Positions 7,924-16,915 are shown, counted from the stretch's first letter. The stretch is DNA of 32,000 nt from Dubosiella newyorkensis (GCF_001945605.1 NZ_MPKA01000034.1:1-32000), one strand, 5' to 3'. Made by a program: numbers and translations. Notes: a model not told the origin generated them from the sequence alone.

Positions 7924-9273
7924 TTATTGAATGGTGTTCAATTCATTTTGATACGCTTCAATTTGCTGCTGCAAATAAGAGATCGTTTGATTGTTCGTGT
8001 CGATCGCTGCCTGCACATCTTCTCCGGCCGCTTGATCTGCGAGCAAGGATGCGTTATAGGCTTGAGCGTCATTTAATTGCGAAGTCAGTGATTCGATTTG
8101 GGCTTCTAAATTTGCCTTGCGTTCTTCTTTAGCTGCTTGTGCTGCTTGATTGGCCGCCTCTTGATTGGCTGCGTCTTGAGTAGCGAGAAGTGTCGCGAAA
8201 CTTTGTTGCGACTGTTCGATCGCGATTTGGTCGATCTTTTGTTTGAGGGCGTCCGAGAGCGCGTTATACCGATCACGATAGTTGACGATATTTGCTTTAT
8301 CCGCGTCATCTTTTGTCGACCAGTTCGAAATATAGGCTACGAGCTCTTGATATTCTGGCTTCGTTTCATCCTCTTGCTGTGTCTTCAATTCTTTCATACT
8401 AGCAAGCTGACTCGTAAATGGCTGCGTCGTTTGTTCGATAAAATACTCGTTGATCTTTTTCTTTTGTTTTTCGAGCATCTCGTCATAGCTGGATTCTAGA
8501 TCGATGATTTCCATTTTCTCCGCTTCTGAAAGCATGTCCCATTCATCCGCGTATTCCACAAGTTTTTTGTAGGTCGCTTCTTGTTGCGCGTTGGTGATGT
8601 TGTTTGGATCATAAACAGCGACTTTATAGGTATAGCCTCCTAGCAACAGTACGAATACGATCACGAACGCGAAGATCTGCTTGCGGTAAGGTTTGAGGTT
8701 CTTGATCCATTCAGGGGGTTGTTTCGCTTTTTTTGGAGCTCCCTTTTCTTCTGCTTTCTTTTGTTCTTCTTTATTTTTTTCCGTTCTAGAGCGGATCGGC
8801 TGATCCAAGGCTTTATTTCTTTCTTTTTTGGTTTTTTCCTTTTTCTTTTTAACAGGTTTGAGATGAGTTGGCTTTTTCGATTCCTCTTTGTTTTTTTGTT
8901 CATGATGTTCTATAGAAGTATAGATCGAATTGAGCGCTTCATTGTTTTGGAGAGGATCTTTTCGGATCGAAGAAGAGGTGAATTCATCGATATCCTTCTC
9001 TTCATCAAAATCGGTTTCATTAGCATATTGTTTCTCTTCCTCTTCGATAGGAAGTTGTCCTCTTTCTTGGCGAAGCAGGTCAAGAGCACTCGAAAGCGTT
9101 TTTTCCACTTGTTTTTTTTGGGTCGACGAAAGTGGGCTGCTGTTTTTATTTTCGTTCTTTTCTTCTGGATATAGAGCCATTTCTGTCTTTTTATGAAGAA
9201 GAGCTTTTGCGAAGTCGTCGATCTGCTCTTGATTGTTTTTATTTTCTGGATTAGTGTTTTTATTCATCTGCAT
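7924..9273 (-). CDS. Lys/Glu-rich single-pass membrane protein with C-terminal coiled-coil ectodomain (hypothetical)
   Basis: 449-aa ORF. The N-terminal ~200 aa are low-complexity K/E/N-rich, followed by one TM helix (IFAFVIVFVLLLGGYTY). The C-terminal region is helical and Q/A/E-rich (AANQEAANQAAQAAKEERKANLEAQIESL...). SD GGAGGA lies upstream. No family recognised. Confidence 0.7.
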   Translation of the reverse strand: MQMNKNTNPENKNNQEQIDDFAKALLHKKTEMALYPEEKNENKNSSPLSSTQKKQVEKTLSSALDLLRQERGQLPIEEEEKQYANETDFDEEKDIDEFTSSSIRKDPLQNNEALNSIYTSIEHHEQKNKEESKKPTHLKPVKKKKEKTKKERNKALDQPIRSRTEKNKEEQKKAEEKGAPKKAKQPPEWIKNLKPYRKQIFAFVIVFVLLLGGYTYKVAVYDPNNITNAQQEATYKKLVEYADEWDMLSEAEKMEIIDLESSYDEMLEKQKKKINEYFIEQTTQPFTSQLASMKELKTQQEDETKPEYQELVAYISNWSTKDDADKANIVNYRDRYNALSDALKQKIDQIAIEQSQQSFATLLATQDAANQEAANQAAQAAKEERKANLEAQIESLTSQLNDAQAYNASLLADQAAGEDVQAAIDTNNQTISYLQQQIEAYQNELNTIQ

Positions 9274-9318
9274 TCCTCCGTTTTCTATTCTACCATACTC
9301 TCAAAACCAGAATAGAAA

Positions 9319-9350
9319 TAAAAAAACCTGAAATCGATAGACTTCAGGTT
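9319..9350 (-). terminator. Rho-independent terminator downstream of tRNA-Leu
   Basis: The minus strand reads AACCTGAA-GTCTATCGAT-TTCAGGTT followed by T7. Confidence 0.75.
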
Positions 9351-9360
9351 AAACTTCAAA

Positions 9361-9444
9361 TGGTGCGGGCGAAGGGACTCGAACCCCCACGCCGAAGGCG
9401 CCAGATCCTAAGTCTGGTGCGTCTGCCAATTTCGCCACGCCCGC
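9361..9444 (-). tRNA. tRNA-Leu (anticodon UAG), type II with long variable arm
   Basis: The reverse complement is GCGGGCGTGGCGAAATTGGCAGACGCACCAGACTTAGGATCTGGCGCCTTCGGCGTGGGGGTTCGAGTCCCTTCGCCCGCACCA. It has a 7-bp acceptor stem, anticodon stem CCAGA/TCTGG with loop CTTAGGA, variable-arm hairpin GCC-TTCG-GGC, a T-loop TTCGAGT and encoded CCA. Confidence 0.92.
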
Positions 9445-9455
9445 GTTACTCAAAT

Positions 9456-9484
9456 ATAATACCAACTGTTTTCTAAAAAATCAA
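9456..9484 (-). promoter_or_regulatory. Sigma-A type promoter for tRNA-Leu
   Basis: The minus strand has TTGATT (9479-9484), a 17-nt spacer and TATTAT (9456-9461), 11 nt upstream of the tRNA 5' end. Confidence 0.7.
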
Positions 9485-9487
9485 GTA

Positions 9488-9733
9488 TTAATGTAGAATT
9501 GTTGGATGCATCATATTCTCGATCTCGCATTGCAAATATTCTTCGATCTGCTTGATGTCTTCTGCGCTGATCTCGATATCCCCAACGATCATATCGTTCA
9601 TTTTTGGATCGACGACCAAATGCAGCTTCGGGACTTCCATCATCATCTCATCCGATTGTTCTTCCATTTTCCTCAATATTTCTAAGATCGGCTCGGCGAT
9701 CGCTCTCAATTCGTCATCTGTAAGCATGTTCAT
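9488..9733 (-). CDS. Small acidic hypothetical protein (81 aa)
   Basis: ORF-track frame with an ATG start. The composition is strongly acidic (E/D/M-rich). No recognisable family and no clear SD checked. Confidence 0.45.
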   Translation of the reverse strand: MNMLTDDELRAIAEPILEILRKMEEQSDEMMMEVPKLHLVVDPKMNDMIVGDIEISAEDIKQIEEYLQCEIENMMHPTILH

Positions 9734-9833
9734 ATTATATCAGGTTTTTTCCCTTCTGTAACGTCTTTGAAGCATCCTTAAAGAAAAAGAAAGAAAGAAC
9801 CGTTATACTTTCTTCAAAGAAAGGAAATCTTCC

Positions 9834-10580
9834 ATGAATCCAATTATTCAACAGTGCTTATATGCCTATTTTTACTTTATCCTCTATTCGTTTGGAGGAT
9901 GGGTGGTCCAAGGATTGTATGTAGGCTATAAACAACATAAATTCTTGAACACAGGTTTTTTCCACGGTCCTTACGTCCCTATTTTTGGGGTAGGCTGTCT
10001 TTTGATCATCTACATCGTCGATCCTTTGAGCCGAAATCCATTTTTAGTATTTATCAATACATTTTGGATCACGAGCGTGATCGAATACTGGACGAGCTGG
10101 TATTTACAGAAAAAATACCATCGTCTTTGGTGGGATTATTCCAACAAGCCATTCAATATCCATGGGCGTGTTTGTCTTTTGAATTCAACATTGTATGGGA
10201 TCGCCGGTCTTGTGATCACGTTTTTTGTCCAACCCTATGTTCAAAGAATGACGATCGATATGCCGATCCATGTTTTGATGAGCATAGAATTGATCTGGTC
10301 TTCTGTGTTCTGGACCGATGTGATCATAACCAATCTCGAGATGCATCATCATGTGCAAGCACTCGAAGAGCTACATGAGCATGTGAAACAAGCTTTGGCG
10401 GAAAAGAACGAAAAGCTCAAGACCGAATATGTGGAAATGGCAAAACTCAACCTGGAAAAGATGAAGAAGAATTCTCGCCATCTCAAAGCGTTTGTCCATC
10501 AGCGGCTTGAAAATCAATATGAAGAAAGCATCCAGCATTTAGAAAAGCTTCGATCTGAACTTCGTCCAAATCAAAAATAA
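9834..10580 (+). CDS. Membrane protein of the putative ABC-transporter type IV family (PF06541/DUF1113-like) with C-terminal coiled-coil tail
   Basis: N-terminal pattern YSFGGWVVQGLY...GPYVPIFGVG and about 5 TM segments are typical of this family. The C-terminal ~80 aa are charged and helical. SD AAAGGAAA lies upstream. Confidence 0.65.
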   Translation: MNPIIQQCLYAYFYFILYSFGGWVVQGLYVGYKQHKFLNTGFFHGPYVPIFGVGCLLIIYIVDPLSRNPFLVFINTFWITSVIEYWTSWYLQKKYHRLWWDYSNKPFNIHGRVCLLNSTLYGIAGLVITFFVQPYVQRMTIDMPIHVLMSIELIWSSVFWTDVIITNLEMHHHVQALEELHEHVKQALAEKNEKLKTEYVEMAKLNLEKMKKNSRHLKAFVHQRLENQYEESIQHLEKLRSELRPNQK

Positions 10581-10588
10581 ATCATTGT

Positions 10589-10627
10589 AAAAAGCTGTCA
10601 ACAATTCGATTCCGACAGCTTTTTTTT
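10589..10627. terminator. Bidirectional rho-independent terminator
   Basis: AAAAGCTGTC (10590-10599) pairs with GACAGCTTTT (10614-10623), flanked by an A-run on one side and T7 on the other. It sits between convergent stops at 10580 and 10631. Confidence 0.75.
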
Positions 10628-10630
10628 GAT

Positions 10631-11572
10631 TCATTCATTACTTTGTTCTACAAAATACGAGTACACGATTTCATTCATATCGCCTATGACAACTTCTCCA
10701 TAATCCCCTAAGACCGTGTCGATCACGATCGCATACGGATGGGTGTTGAAATTGATTCCTGCCGCATTATACGAATAATCGTATGAGCCATACTTTTGAG
10801 GAAAATAAACATTCAAATTTCGATCTAGAAATTCTCCTGGTTTTGATTTTTTTAAATCTTTGAGCAGCTTTTCAAATTCGTCCTTGTGTGAATAAAAATA
10901 TTTCAAAATATTTCCCATATTCTTTGGGGTAAATTCATTATCGTATGATATATACTTTTCATCGATTTTTTGAGTTGGATCGAATTTTTTTAACTCTTTT
11001 TTGAAAGCAGGCCATCCCCCTAAGTTCTCGTATAATATATGTGCGGCTGAATTGTCGGATTCAATGATCATCGCCTCTAAAAGCTCTTGGATCGATATAC
11101 TAGAGCCATACTCATAATCGGTTCCTATATGGCCTCCTTCTTCGTAGGTGTCTTCAAGAAAAACGAGCTCTTCATCGAGCTTGGCTTCTTGATCATTGAT
11201 TTTTTCGTACCAAACCATCGCTAATGGCAGTTTATAAGTGCTGGCAGCGTAAAAATAGGTATCCTCATTCGCGCCGATGGAATCGCCTGACAATAAATCG
11301 ATCACGACATAGCCTACCTCTTGGGCATCGATCTCATTTTCTTTCAAATAATCATCAAGCTTCTTTTTTAATGGTTGCAGATCTAGGGCTATTTCTTCCT
11401 CGCCTATTTTTTGATCTTCTATTTTGGACTCGTGTTCTTGTAAAGCGACCTTTTCACGGATAACGACTTCCTGTTTTTGGTCTTTTTTGTCTTTTACGAA
11501 AAAAAGGGTCAAGAAGGAAAAAAGAACGAGTATCATTAAAACAATGATTCTATTTTTTTTATTCATTTTCAT
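10631..11572 (-). CDS. Membrane-anchored class A beta-lactamase-like serine hydrolase
   Basis: N-terminal TM anchor (IIVLMILVLFSFLTLFFV), an SxxK motif (ASTYKLP) and an SDN motif (ESDNSAA). Confidence 0.7.
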   Translation of the reverse strand: MKMNKKNRIIVLMILVLFSFLTLFFVKDKKDQKQEVVIREKVALQEHESKIEDQKIGEEEIALDLQPLKKKLDDYLKENEIDAQEVGYVVIDLLSGDSIGANEDTYFYAASTYKLPLAMVWYEKINDQEAKLDEELVFLEDTYEEGGHIGTDYEYGSSISIQELLEAMIIESDNSAAHILYENLGGWPAFKKELKKFDPTQKIDEKYISYDNEFTPKNMGNILKYFYSHKDEFEKLLKDLKKSKPGEFLDRNLNVYFPQKYGSYDYSYNAAGINFNTHPYAIVIDTVLGDYGEVVIGDMNEIVYSYFVEQSNE

Positions 11573-11658
11573 CCCCCTTCTCTTCTTGTAATGATATGAT
11601 AGTAGTACAAAATTCGTGAAAAAGGAACATTTATCTACAAATTTCTTTCTCTTTTTCT

Positions 11659-11668
11659 ATGGTATAAT
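11659..11668 (+). promoter_or_regulatory. Extended -10 promoter element upstream of the xpaC-like/telA pair
   Basis: TGGTATAAT (TGn + TATAAT at 11663-11668) lies about 24 nt upstream of the SD GAGGTGA and the ATG at 11692. The -35 is weak. Confidence 0.5.
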
Positions 11669-11691
11669 GAAACAATGAAAGAGGTGAGAAT

Positions 11692-12843
11692 ATGAGTTCA
11701 CAGCCGGATTGGAAAGATATAGGAAGAAGCTTTTCGCACGCGATGAAAAACGCGATGAATACTTTGGATTTCAGCGAACTGAATCAATCGATCGAAAAGA
11801 CGGTAAAAGCCACCTCTTCCCTGATCAACGATAAGATCCAGTCGTATTCCAAGGCAAAGCCCAGTTCAATCAAAGCCAAATACAATGTCCAAATCATAAG
11901 CGATTTAGAAAAATCGAGCAGCCGAAAATTAAAGATCAATCAGTGGATCAAAAATTTCGGGATCTTTCTAGTCGCCTTTTCCCTGCTGCTCGTTTTATTA
12001 TTGCTGGTTTCTTTAGGCCGCTATGCCCTTCCTGGTATTTTAGGCGCGATGTTCATCTTTATTCCAGGTTTGATCGCTTTGATCGGTGGTACAGGCGGAA
12101 TGAGCAGCGCGCGGAAAATGATCGCGTATTTAAAAAAATTCCACTTGTATTCTTCTGTGATCGGAGATCGCTCGATGGCTTCTCTAGATTCCTTATCGGC
12201 GATCGTCCCTGAAACAAAAAAAGAAACGATCGCTACACTTAAAGAGATGATCGCGGATCGTTTTTTTCTGCAAGGTCATATCAATGAAAAAAAGGAAACG
12301 TTTTACGTAACGAATGAAGCGTATGAAGCGAGTCTTCTGCCAAATGTGCCGAATCAAAAAAGCGCAAAAGAACTTTTTGATGAAGATCCTGAGACGATCC
12401 TGCCTCCTGAAGTACGGGAAGTTATCCGACAAGGCGAAGAATCGCTTGTGAAGATCAAATACTACAACGAAAAAATTCCTGATCCGATCATCACGCAAAA
12501 GCTTTCTGATCTAGAAAACAACATTCGACATATTCTTGGGTATCTTGAAGAGCATCCTGAAAATGTGGATGATACCAAAAATATGACAAAATATTATCTT
12601 CCGACTATCGATAAGCTCTTGGATACGTATATCGAACTGAATGCCTATCCAAATCCGGGGGAAAATATTCGAAAGTCGAAGAAAGAGATCGAAGATACTC
12701 TTGATACGTTGAATTACGCTTTCGCCAAGCTCTACGACGATCTATTCCAAATGACTTCGATAGAAGTCGCTTCGGATATTTCGGTTTTAGAAACATTGCT
12801 TGCGAAGGAAGGATTGACAAAAGAAAAAATAAAAGTTCGATAA
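11692..12843 (+). CDS. XpaC-like (5-bromo-4-chloroindolyl phosphate hydrolysis family) membrane protein
   Basis: Two central TM helices and a helical C-terminal domain (KYYLPTIDKLLDTYIEL...), located immediately upstream of a TelA-family gene as in the B. subtilis xpaC-yaaN pair. Family assignment rests on architecture and context. Confidence 0.55.
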   Translation: MSSQPDWKDIGRSFSHAMKNAMNTLDFSELNQSIEKTVKATSSLINDKIQSYSKAKPSSIKAKYNVQIISDLEKSSSRKLKINQWIKNFGIFLVAFSLLLVLLLLVSLGRYALPGILGAMFIFIPGLIALIGGTGGMSSARKMIAYLKKFHLYSSVIGDRSMASLDSLSAIVPETKKETIATLKEMIADRFFLQGHINEKKETFYVTNEAYEASLLPNVPNQKSAKELFDEDPETILPPEVREVIRQGEESLVKIKYYNEKIPDPIITQKLSDLENNIRHILGYLEEHPENVDDTKNMTKYYLPTIDKLLDTYIELNAYPNPGENIRKSKKEIEDTLDTLNYAFAKLYDDLFQMTSIEVASDISVLETLLAKEGLTKEKIKVR

Positions 12844-12863
12844 CGAACAGAAAGGATCCTCTT

Positions 12864-14039
12864 ATGAGTGAAGAAAACAAAGAAACGATCACATTGACAC
12901 TTGATCCAGAAAGCGAAGCCACTACAACCGTTTTGACAGAGCCCATTTTAACGTCTCCAAAACAAGAAATCGAAAAACCATCGGAGCCTCTTGCGGACAT
13001 CAAGATCGATCCAGGCCTTTTCAATGAACAAGAAATGAAGGCGATCGACGATTTTGCGCAAAAGATCAACATCAAAGACACGAATCAAATCATTCAATAT
13101 GGAAGCGCTCCGCAAAAAAAGCTGGCGGATTTCTCAGAAAAAACGTTAGAAAGCGTAAAAACGAAAGACCTTGGCGAGGTTGGCGAGCTTTTGAGTTCTG
13201 TCGTCATCGAGCTAAAAGAAACCGATATCGATGATGAAGAGAAAAAAGGCATTTTCGGCTTGTTCAATAAAGGAAAAAACAAGTTGGAAGTCATGAAGAC
13301 CCGTTACGCGAAAGCGGAAACGAATGTAGAAAAAGTGGCTGAAAACTTGGAAAACCAGCAAGTCGTGCTGATCAAGGACAATGCGATGCTCGATCAAATG
13401 TACAACTTGAACGCCCAATATTTTAAAGAGCTTTCGATGTATATTTTAGCAGGAAAGAAAAAGCTCCAGGAAGTCGAAGCCAAAGATCTTCCAGAAGCAA
13501 AAGCCAAGGCGGAAAGGACCCAATTGCCAGAAGACGCCCAAGCCTATCAAGATCTTGTTTCCTTTGTCGATCGATTTGAGAAAAAACTATACGACCTTGA
13601 GCTTTCCAGAATGATCGCGATCCAGACAGCTCCACAATTAAGGATGCTTCAAAGTTCAAATTCTGTCATGATCGACAAGATCCAAACCACTCTTGTGAAT
13701 ACGATTCCGCTATGGAAAAATCAGCTTGTGCTCGCTTTTGGCTTGAATCACGCTAAGCAAGCTGCCAAAGCTCAACGCGAAGTTACAAATATGACCAACG
13801 AGTTGTTGAAGAAAAACGCCGATACTCTCCATCTTGCCGCCACCGAAACCGCAAAAGAAACGAATCGGGGCATCGTGGATATCGAGACGCTTCAGCATAC
13901 CAATGAAAAGCTCATCCAAACCTTTGATGAAGTTCTCCAGATCCAGGCGGAAGGCAGAAAAAAACGCCAAGAAGCCGAATCTCAAATGTTGGCGATGGAA
14001 CAACAGCTCAAACAAAAAATGTTGGAAATTCGTCGATAA
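12864..14039 (+). CDS. telA: TelA/YaaN-family toxic anion resistance protein
   Basis: Characteristic TelA pattern (QIIQYGSAPQKKLADFSEKTLESVKTKDLGEVGELLSSVV...,MLDQMYNLN..YFKEL..YI.AGK) in an all-helical ~390 aa protein. SD AAAGGA. Confidence 0.85.
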   Translation: MSEENKETITLTLDPESEATTTVLTEPILTSPKQEIEKPSEPLADIKIDPGLFNEQEMKAIDDFAQKINIKDTNQIIQYGSAPQKKLADFSEKTLESVKTKDLGEVGELLSSVVIELKETDIDDEEKKGIFGLFNKGKNKLEVMKTRYAKAETNVEKVAENLENQQVVLIKDNAMLDQMYNLNAQYFKELSMYILAGKKKLQEVEAKDLPEAKAKAERTQLPEDAQAYQDLVSFVDRFEKKLYDLELSRMIAIQTAPQLRMLQSSNSVMIDKIQTTLVNTIPLWKNQLVLAFGLNHAKQAAKAQREVTNMTNELLKKNADTLHLAATETAKETNRGIVDIETLQHTNEKLIQTFDEVLQIQAEGRKKRQEAESQMLAMEQQLKQKMLEIRR

Positions 14040-14046
14040 CACGCTA

Positions 14047-14078
14047 CCGCAAAACCTTAGGTTTTGCGGTTTTATTTT
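14047..14078 (+). terminator. Rho-independent terminator after telA
   Basis: CCGCAAAAC / GTTTTGCGG stem with a short loop, followed by TTTTATTTT. Confidence 0.8.
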
Positions 14079-14081
14079 AAT

Positions 14082-14110
14082 AAAAAAAGAGATGTCCATT
14101 GAACATCTCT
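14082..14110 (-). terminator. Rho-independent terminator after the ABC importer operon
   Basis: The minus strand reads AGAGATGT-TCAATGG-ACATCTCT followed by T7. The stem overlaps the stop codon of the ATPase gene. Confidence 0.75.
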
Positions 14111-14903
14111 AAATCAAAACAGCTCGATCATCACTGAATTCCGCTCCAGAAGCTTCTTGGAACTTTTGATGGAGCATTTCAACTGTTAATTTTTTCTTCT
14201 CTTCATCACGAACGTCGAAAATGATCTTTCCGTTATACATCATGATCAAACGATTTCCGATCTGGATCGCATCCTTCATATTATGGGTGATCATGATCGT
14301 CGTTAAATTTTGTTCTTCTACGATCTCTTTTGTCAAATCAAGAACTTTCTTTGCCGTCAATGGATCGAGGGCCGCTGTGTGCTCATCCAAAAGCAGCAGT
14401 TTTGGACGCTGTAAAGTCGCCATCAGTAGCGTCAGCGCTTGACGCTGACCTCCAGAAAGAAGACCGACCTTCGTGCTCATTCGATTCTCTAAGCCCAGTC
14501 CTAAGCGCTGCAATTCCTTTTGATAATCTACGCTTTCTTCTTTTTTACATCCCCAGCGAAGCGTTCTTGGTTTTCCTCTACGCTTTGCGAGCGCAAGATT
14601 CTCTGTGATCATCATATCCGCTGCTGTTCCCATCAAAGGATCTTGGAAAACACGACCAATTTGTTTGGCACGTTTGAATTCTGGTTGTTGCGAAAGTTCT
14701 TCGCCATCCAATAGGATATGTCCAGAATCGATCGGATAGACCCCGGCAATCATATTCAGCAAAGTCGATTTACCCGCGCCATTTCCTCCGATTACTGTCA
14801 CAAAGTCGCCATCTTCCAATTTCAAAGAAAGACGATCCAAGGCCTTCTTTTCATTGACTGTTCCTATATTGAACGTTTTCGATACATTTTTAATCTCTAG
14901 CAT
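14109..14903 (-). CDS. ABC transporter ATP-binding protein
   Basis: Walker A GGNGAGKST, signature LSGGQRQ, Walker B LLLLDEHTAALD and H-loop ITHN. A 14-nt overlap links it to the upstream permease gene. Confidence 0.9.
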   Translation of the reverse strand: MLEIKNVSKTFNIGTVNEKKALDRLSLKLEDGDFVTVIGGNGAGKSTLLNMIAGVYPIDSGHILLDGEELSQQPEFKRAKQIGRVFQDPLMGTAADMMITENLALAKRRGKPRTLRWGCKKEESVDYQKELQRLGLGLENRMSTKVGLLSGGQRQALTLLMATLQRPKLLLLDEHTAALDPLTAKKVLDLTKEIVEEQNLTTIMITHNMKDAIQIGNRLIMMYNGKIIFDVRDEEKKKLTVEMLHQKFQEASGAEFSDDRAVLI

Positions 14904-15861
14904 GAAATGGCTCCTCTATCGCATCGACTTCCGCCGTTAATTTTTTATACATCTTTTTTTGTTTGGAACTTTCCATCATGATCGGAATAGATAGCGCCAC
15001 CCCAACCAAGATCGCAGTGAACAATTTCAAGTTATCTGCGTTTAAACCAAGCTGCAGCACGACGGCTACAATGATCCGGTAGCAGATCGACCCGATCACA
15101 ATCGAGATCAAACGCCTAGCGAATCCGCCTTTTCTTCCAAAGAGCACTTCACCTAACACGATGGACGCTAGCGCCATGACGATCGCGCCGATCCCCATCT
15201 TGACATCCGAATACCCTTGTTGTTGAGCGACCAAAGCCCCCGAAAAGGCGTTGAGCGCATTTGAGAGCATCAAAGCAAGAATGATCGTGACATTCGTTGA
15301 GATCCCGTTGGCTCGAACCATATTCGCATTGTTTCCCGTCGCGCGGATAGCTGAACCGATCTCCGTTCCAAAAAACCAATAGAGAACTCCGATCACCAGC
15401 GCCGCGATCAAGATCCCGATCAGAAGAACGACTAAATTGTTTGTTGAGATCCATACGCTCACGCTCCGTGGCAGATCGATCACATCGGCGACCTTTGAAA
15501 ATATCGTTTCCGTATTCAGCAAAGGCAAATTACTCTTTTGCATGATCATCAAGTTGATGGAATACAAACCAATCTGGGTCAATATTCCTGCTAAAATTGC
15601 TGGGATCTTGCAAATCGTATTCAAGATTCCCGTCACAGCTCCCGCTAAGGCGCCCGCGATCAATGCAAACAGCAAAGAAAGCCATGGATCCATCCCATTG
15701 ACGATCAAGATCGCGCTCACTGCGCCTCCTGTCGCAAAGCTCCCGTCGACCGTTAAATCCGCAAAATCGAGGAGACGAAAGGTGATATAGACACCTAACG
15801 CCATGATCCCCCATAAGATCCCTTGACCGATCGCGCCCTCTATTGATAATAAAATTGACAT
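14890..15861 (-). CDS. ABC transporter permease (pairs with the PF04392-type binding protein)
   Basis: Polytopic membrane protein (about 8-9 TM). It starts 1 nt after the binding-protein gene and overlaps the ATPase gene. Confidence 0.85.
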   Translation of the reverse strand: MSILLSIEGAIGQGILWGIMALGVYITFRLLDFADLTVDGSFATGGAVSAILIVNGMDPWLSLLFALIAGALAGAVTGILNTICKIPAILAGILTQIGLYSINLMIMQKSNLPLLNTETIFSKVADVIDLPRSVSVWISTNNLVVLLIGILIAALVIGVLYWFFGTEIGSAIRATGNNANMVRANGISTNVTIILALMLSNALNAFSGALVAQQQGYSDVKMGIGAIVMALASIVLGEVLFGRKGGFARRLISIVIGSICYRIIVAVVLQLGLNADNLKLFTAILVGVALSIPIMMESSKQKKMYKKLTAEVDAIEEPFHARD

Positions 15862-15862
15862 A

Positions 15863-16846
15863 CTATTCGATGATTTCCGCTTCTTCTTTCAAATCACTTG
15901 GAATTTCAATACCGATTTCTTCGACTGTTTTGCCGTTGATCGTAAGTTTACATTTTTCATTTGGCAAATATTCGATAGCCATCGTCTTTGGATCGCTTTC
16001 GCCCTTTAAAATTTCTGCGGCTTGCTTGCCCGCCATTTTTCCAAGCTCATAGTAATCCAGCCCATAAGTCGCAAGCCCTCCATTGGCAACCATTCCCTCT
16101 TCGCCAACGATCGTGGGGATCTTGTTCGCATTCGTCACTTGTGTAAGCGAAGCCATTCCTTCAGCGAGCAGGTTGTCTGTAGGAACATAGATCGCGTCGA
16201 CTTTTCCAACGAGCGATTCAGTCACTTGCTGAATCTGATTGGAATCAGTAACAGTTGCTTCAACGACTTCTAGATCAAGATCTTCTGCTTTCTTCTTCGC
16301 TAGATCTGCCTGAAAGCGGGAATTATCTTCCGCGTTGCAATACATGATCGCGATCTTCTTGGCATTTGGAACCATCTGCTTGAGCAGATCGATCTGCGCG
16401 TCGATCGGATTCAAATCCGAAGTTCCTGTCACGTTCGTATCTGGCTTGTCATTTGATTTTACAAGACCGGATGTTTGAGGATCCGTCACAGCGGATACGA
16501 CGATTGGAATATCTTTCGTCTCGTTGGCAGCTGCTTGGGCCGAAGGTGTCGCGATCGCATAGATCAGATCTACATTATCATTGACAAATGTGTTCGCGAT
16601 CGTTTTATTGTTAGATTGATCGCCTTGTGCGTTTTTATAATCGATCTCGACCGCATCCGTGTCGTATCCATTTTCTTTCAAGCCCTCCACAAAACCTTCA
16701 TACGCTTGGTCTAAAGCAGGGTGTTCGGCATATTGAATGATCCCGATATTCGCTTTTTCGCCTTCTCCTTCCGTTTGGCCTTGAGAACAGCCGACCATAG
16801 CGAGCGCCATCGTGGCGGCTGCACACGATTTTAAAAATTTGTTCAT
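15863..16846 (-). CDS. ABC transporter substrate-binding lipoprotein (ABC_sub_bind / PF04392-like)
   Basis: Lipoprotein signal MALAMVGCSQ. The IGIIQYAEHPALDQ..GF pattern and periplasmic-binding-fold layout match the family sometimes annotated as TrpX-like, but the substrate is not inferable here. Confidence 0.8.
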   Translation of the reverse strand: MNKFLKSCAAATMALAMVGCSQGQTEGEGEKANIGIIQYAEHPALDQAYEGFVEGLKENGYDTDAVEIDYKNAQGDQSNNKTIANTFVNDNVDLIYAIATPSAQAAANETKDIPIVVSAVTDPQTSGLVKSNDKPDTNVTGTSDLNPIDAQIDLLKQMVPNAKKIAIMYCNAEDNSRFQADLAKKKAEDLDLEVVEATVTDSNQIQQVTESLVGKVDAIYVPTDNLLAEGMASLTQVTNANKIPTIVGEEGMVANGGLATYGLDYYELGKMAGKQAAEILKGESDPKTMAIEYLPNEKCKLTINGKTVEEIGIEIPSDLKEEAEIIE

Positions 16847-16915
16847 TGTATTTCTCCTTTCGATTTTCTCTCTATTGCCTCATTTTACACTAAATATAAC
16901 AGAATGAAAAGAATG

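Noticed and set aside
8700-9100. Repetitive purine/pyrimidine-rich DNA that might be a tandem repeat or CRISPR-like array
   Set aside because: There is no regular repeat-spacer periodicity or exact repeat unit. The pattern is fully explained by the K/E-rich low-complexity coding sequence.
8719-9196. Plus-strand ORFs of 151 aa and 88 aa, and a minus-strand 80-aa ORF at 8661-8903, inside the Lys/Glu-rich gene
   Set aside because: They are Phe/Leu/Ser-rich or Lys/Arg-rich mirror products of the AAG/GAA-rich low-complexity coding region. They have no SD or recognisable fold, which is typical of shadow ORFs.
7755-9484. tRNA-flanked segment as an integrated mobile element
   Set aside because: No integrase, recombinase or excisionase is present, and no direct repeat duplicates a tRNA 3' end. 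Only one cargo gene lies between the tRNAs.
9764-9820. 9-bp inverted repeat TCTTTGAAG/CTTCAAAGA separated by ~40 nt upstream of the 9834 gene, as a possible riboswitch or attenuator
   Set aside because: The leader is too short and A-rich for a known riboswitch class. The likely -10 (TATACT, 9804-9809) lies between the arms, so the 5' arm would not be transcribed. The evidence is weak.
12193-14099. Minus-strand ORFs (12193-12498, 12605-13081, 13094-13294, 13212-13418, 13423-13659, 13710-14099) antisense to the xpaC-like and telA genes
   Set aside because: All lie inside well-supported + strand genes, have odd compositions and lack SD sequences. They are shadow ORFs.
16847-16915. T-box or riboswitch leader upstream of the PF04392-type ABC importer (some members of this family are T-box regulated)
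   Set aside because: Only ~70 nt separate the upstream terminator from the start codon. No specifier/T-box sequence or antiterminator structure is visible.
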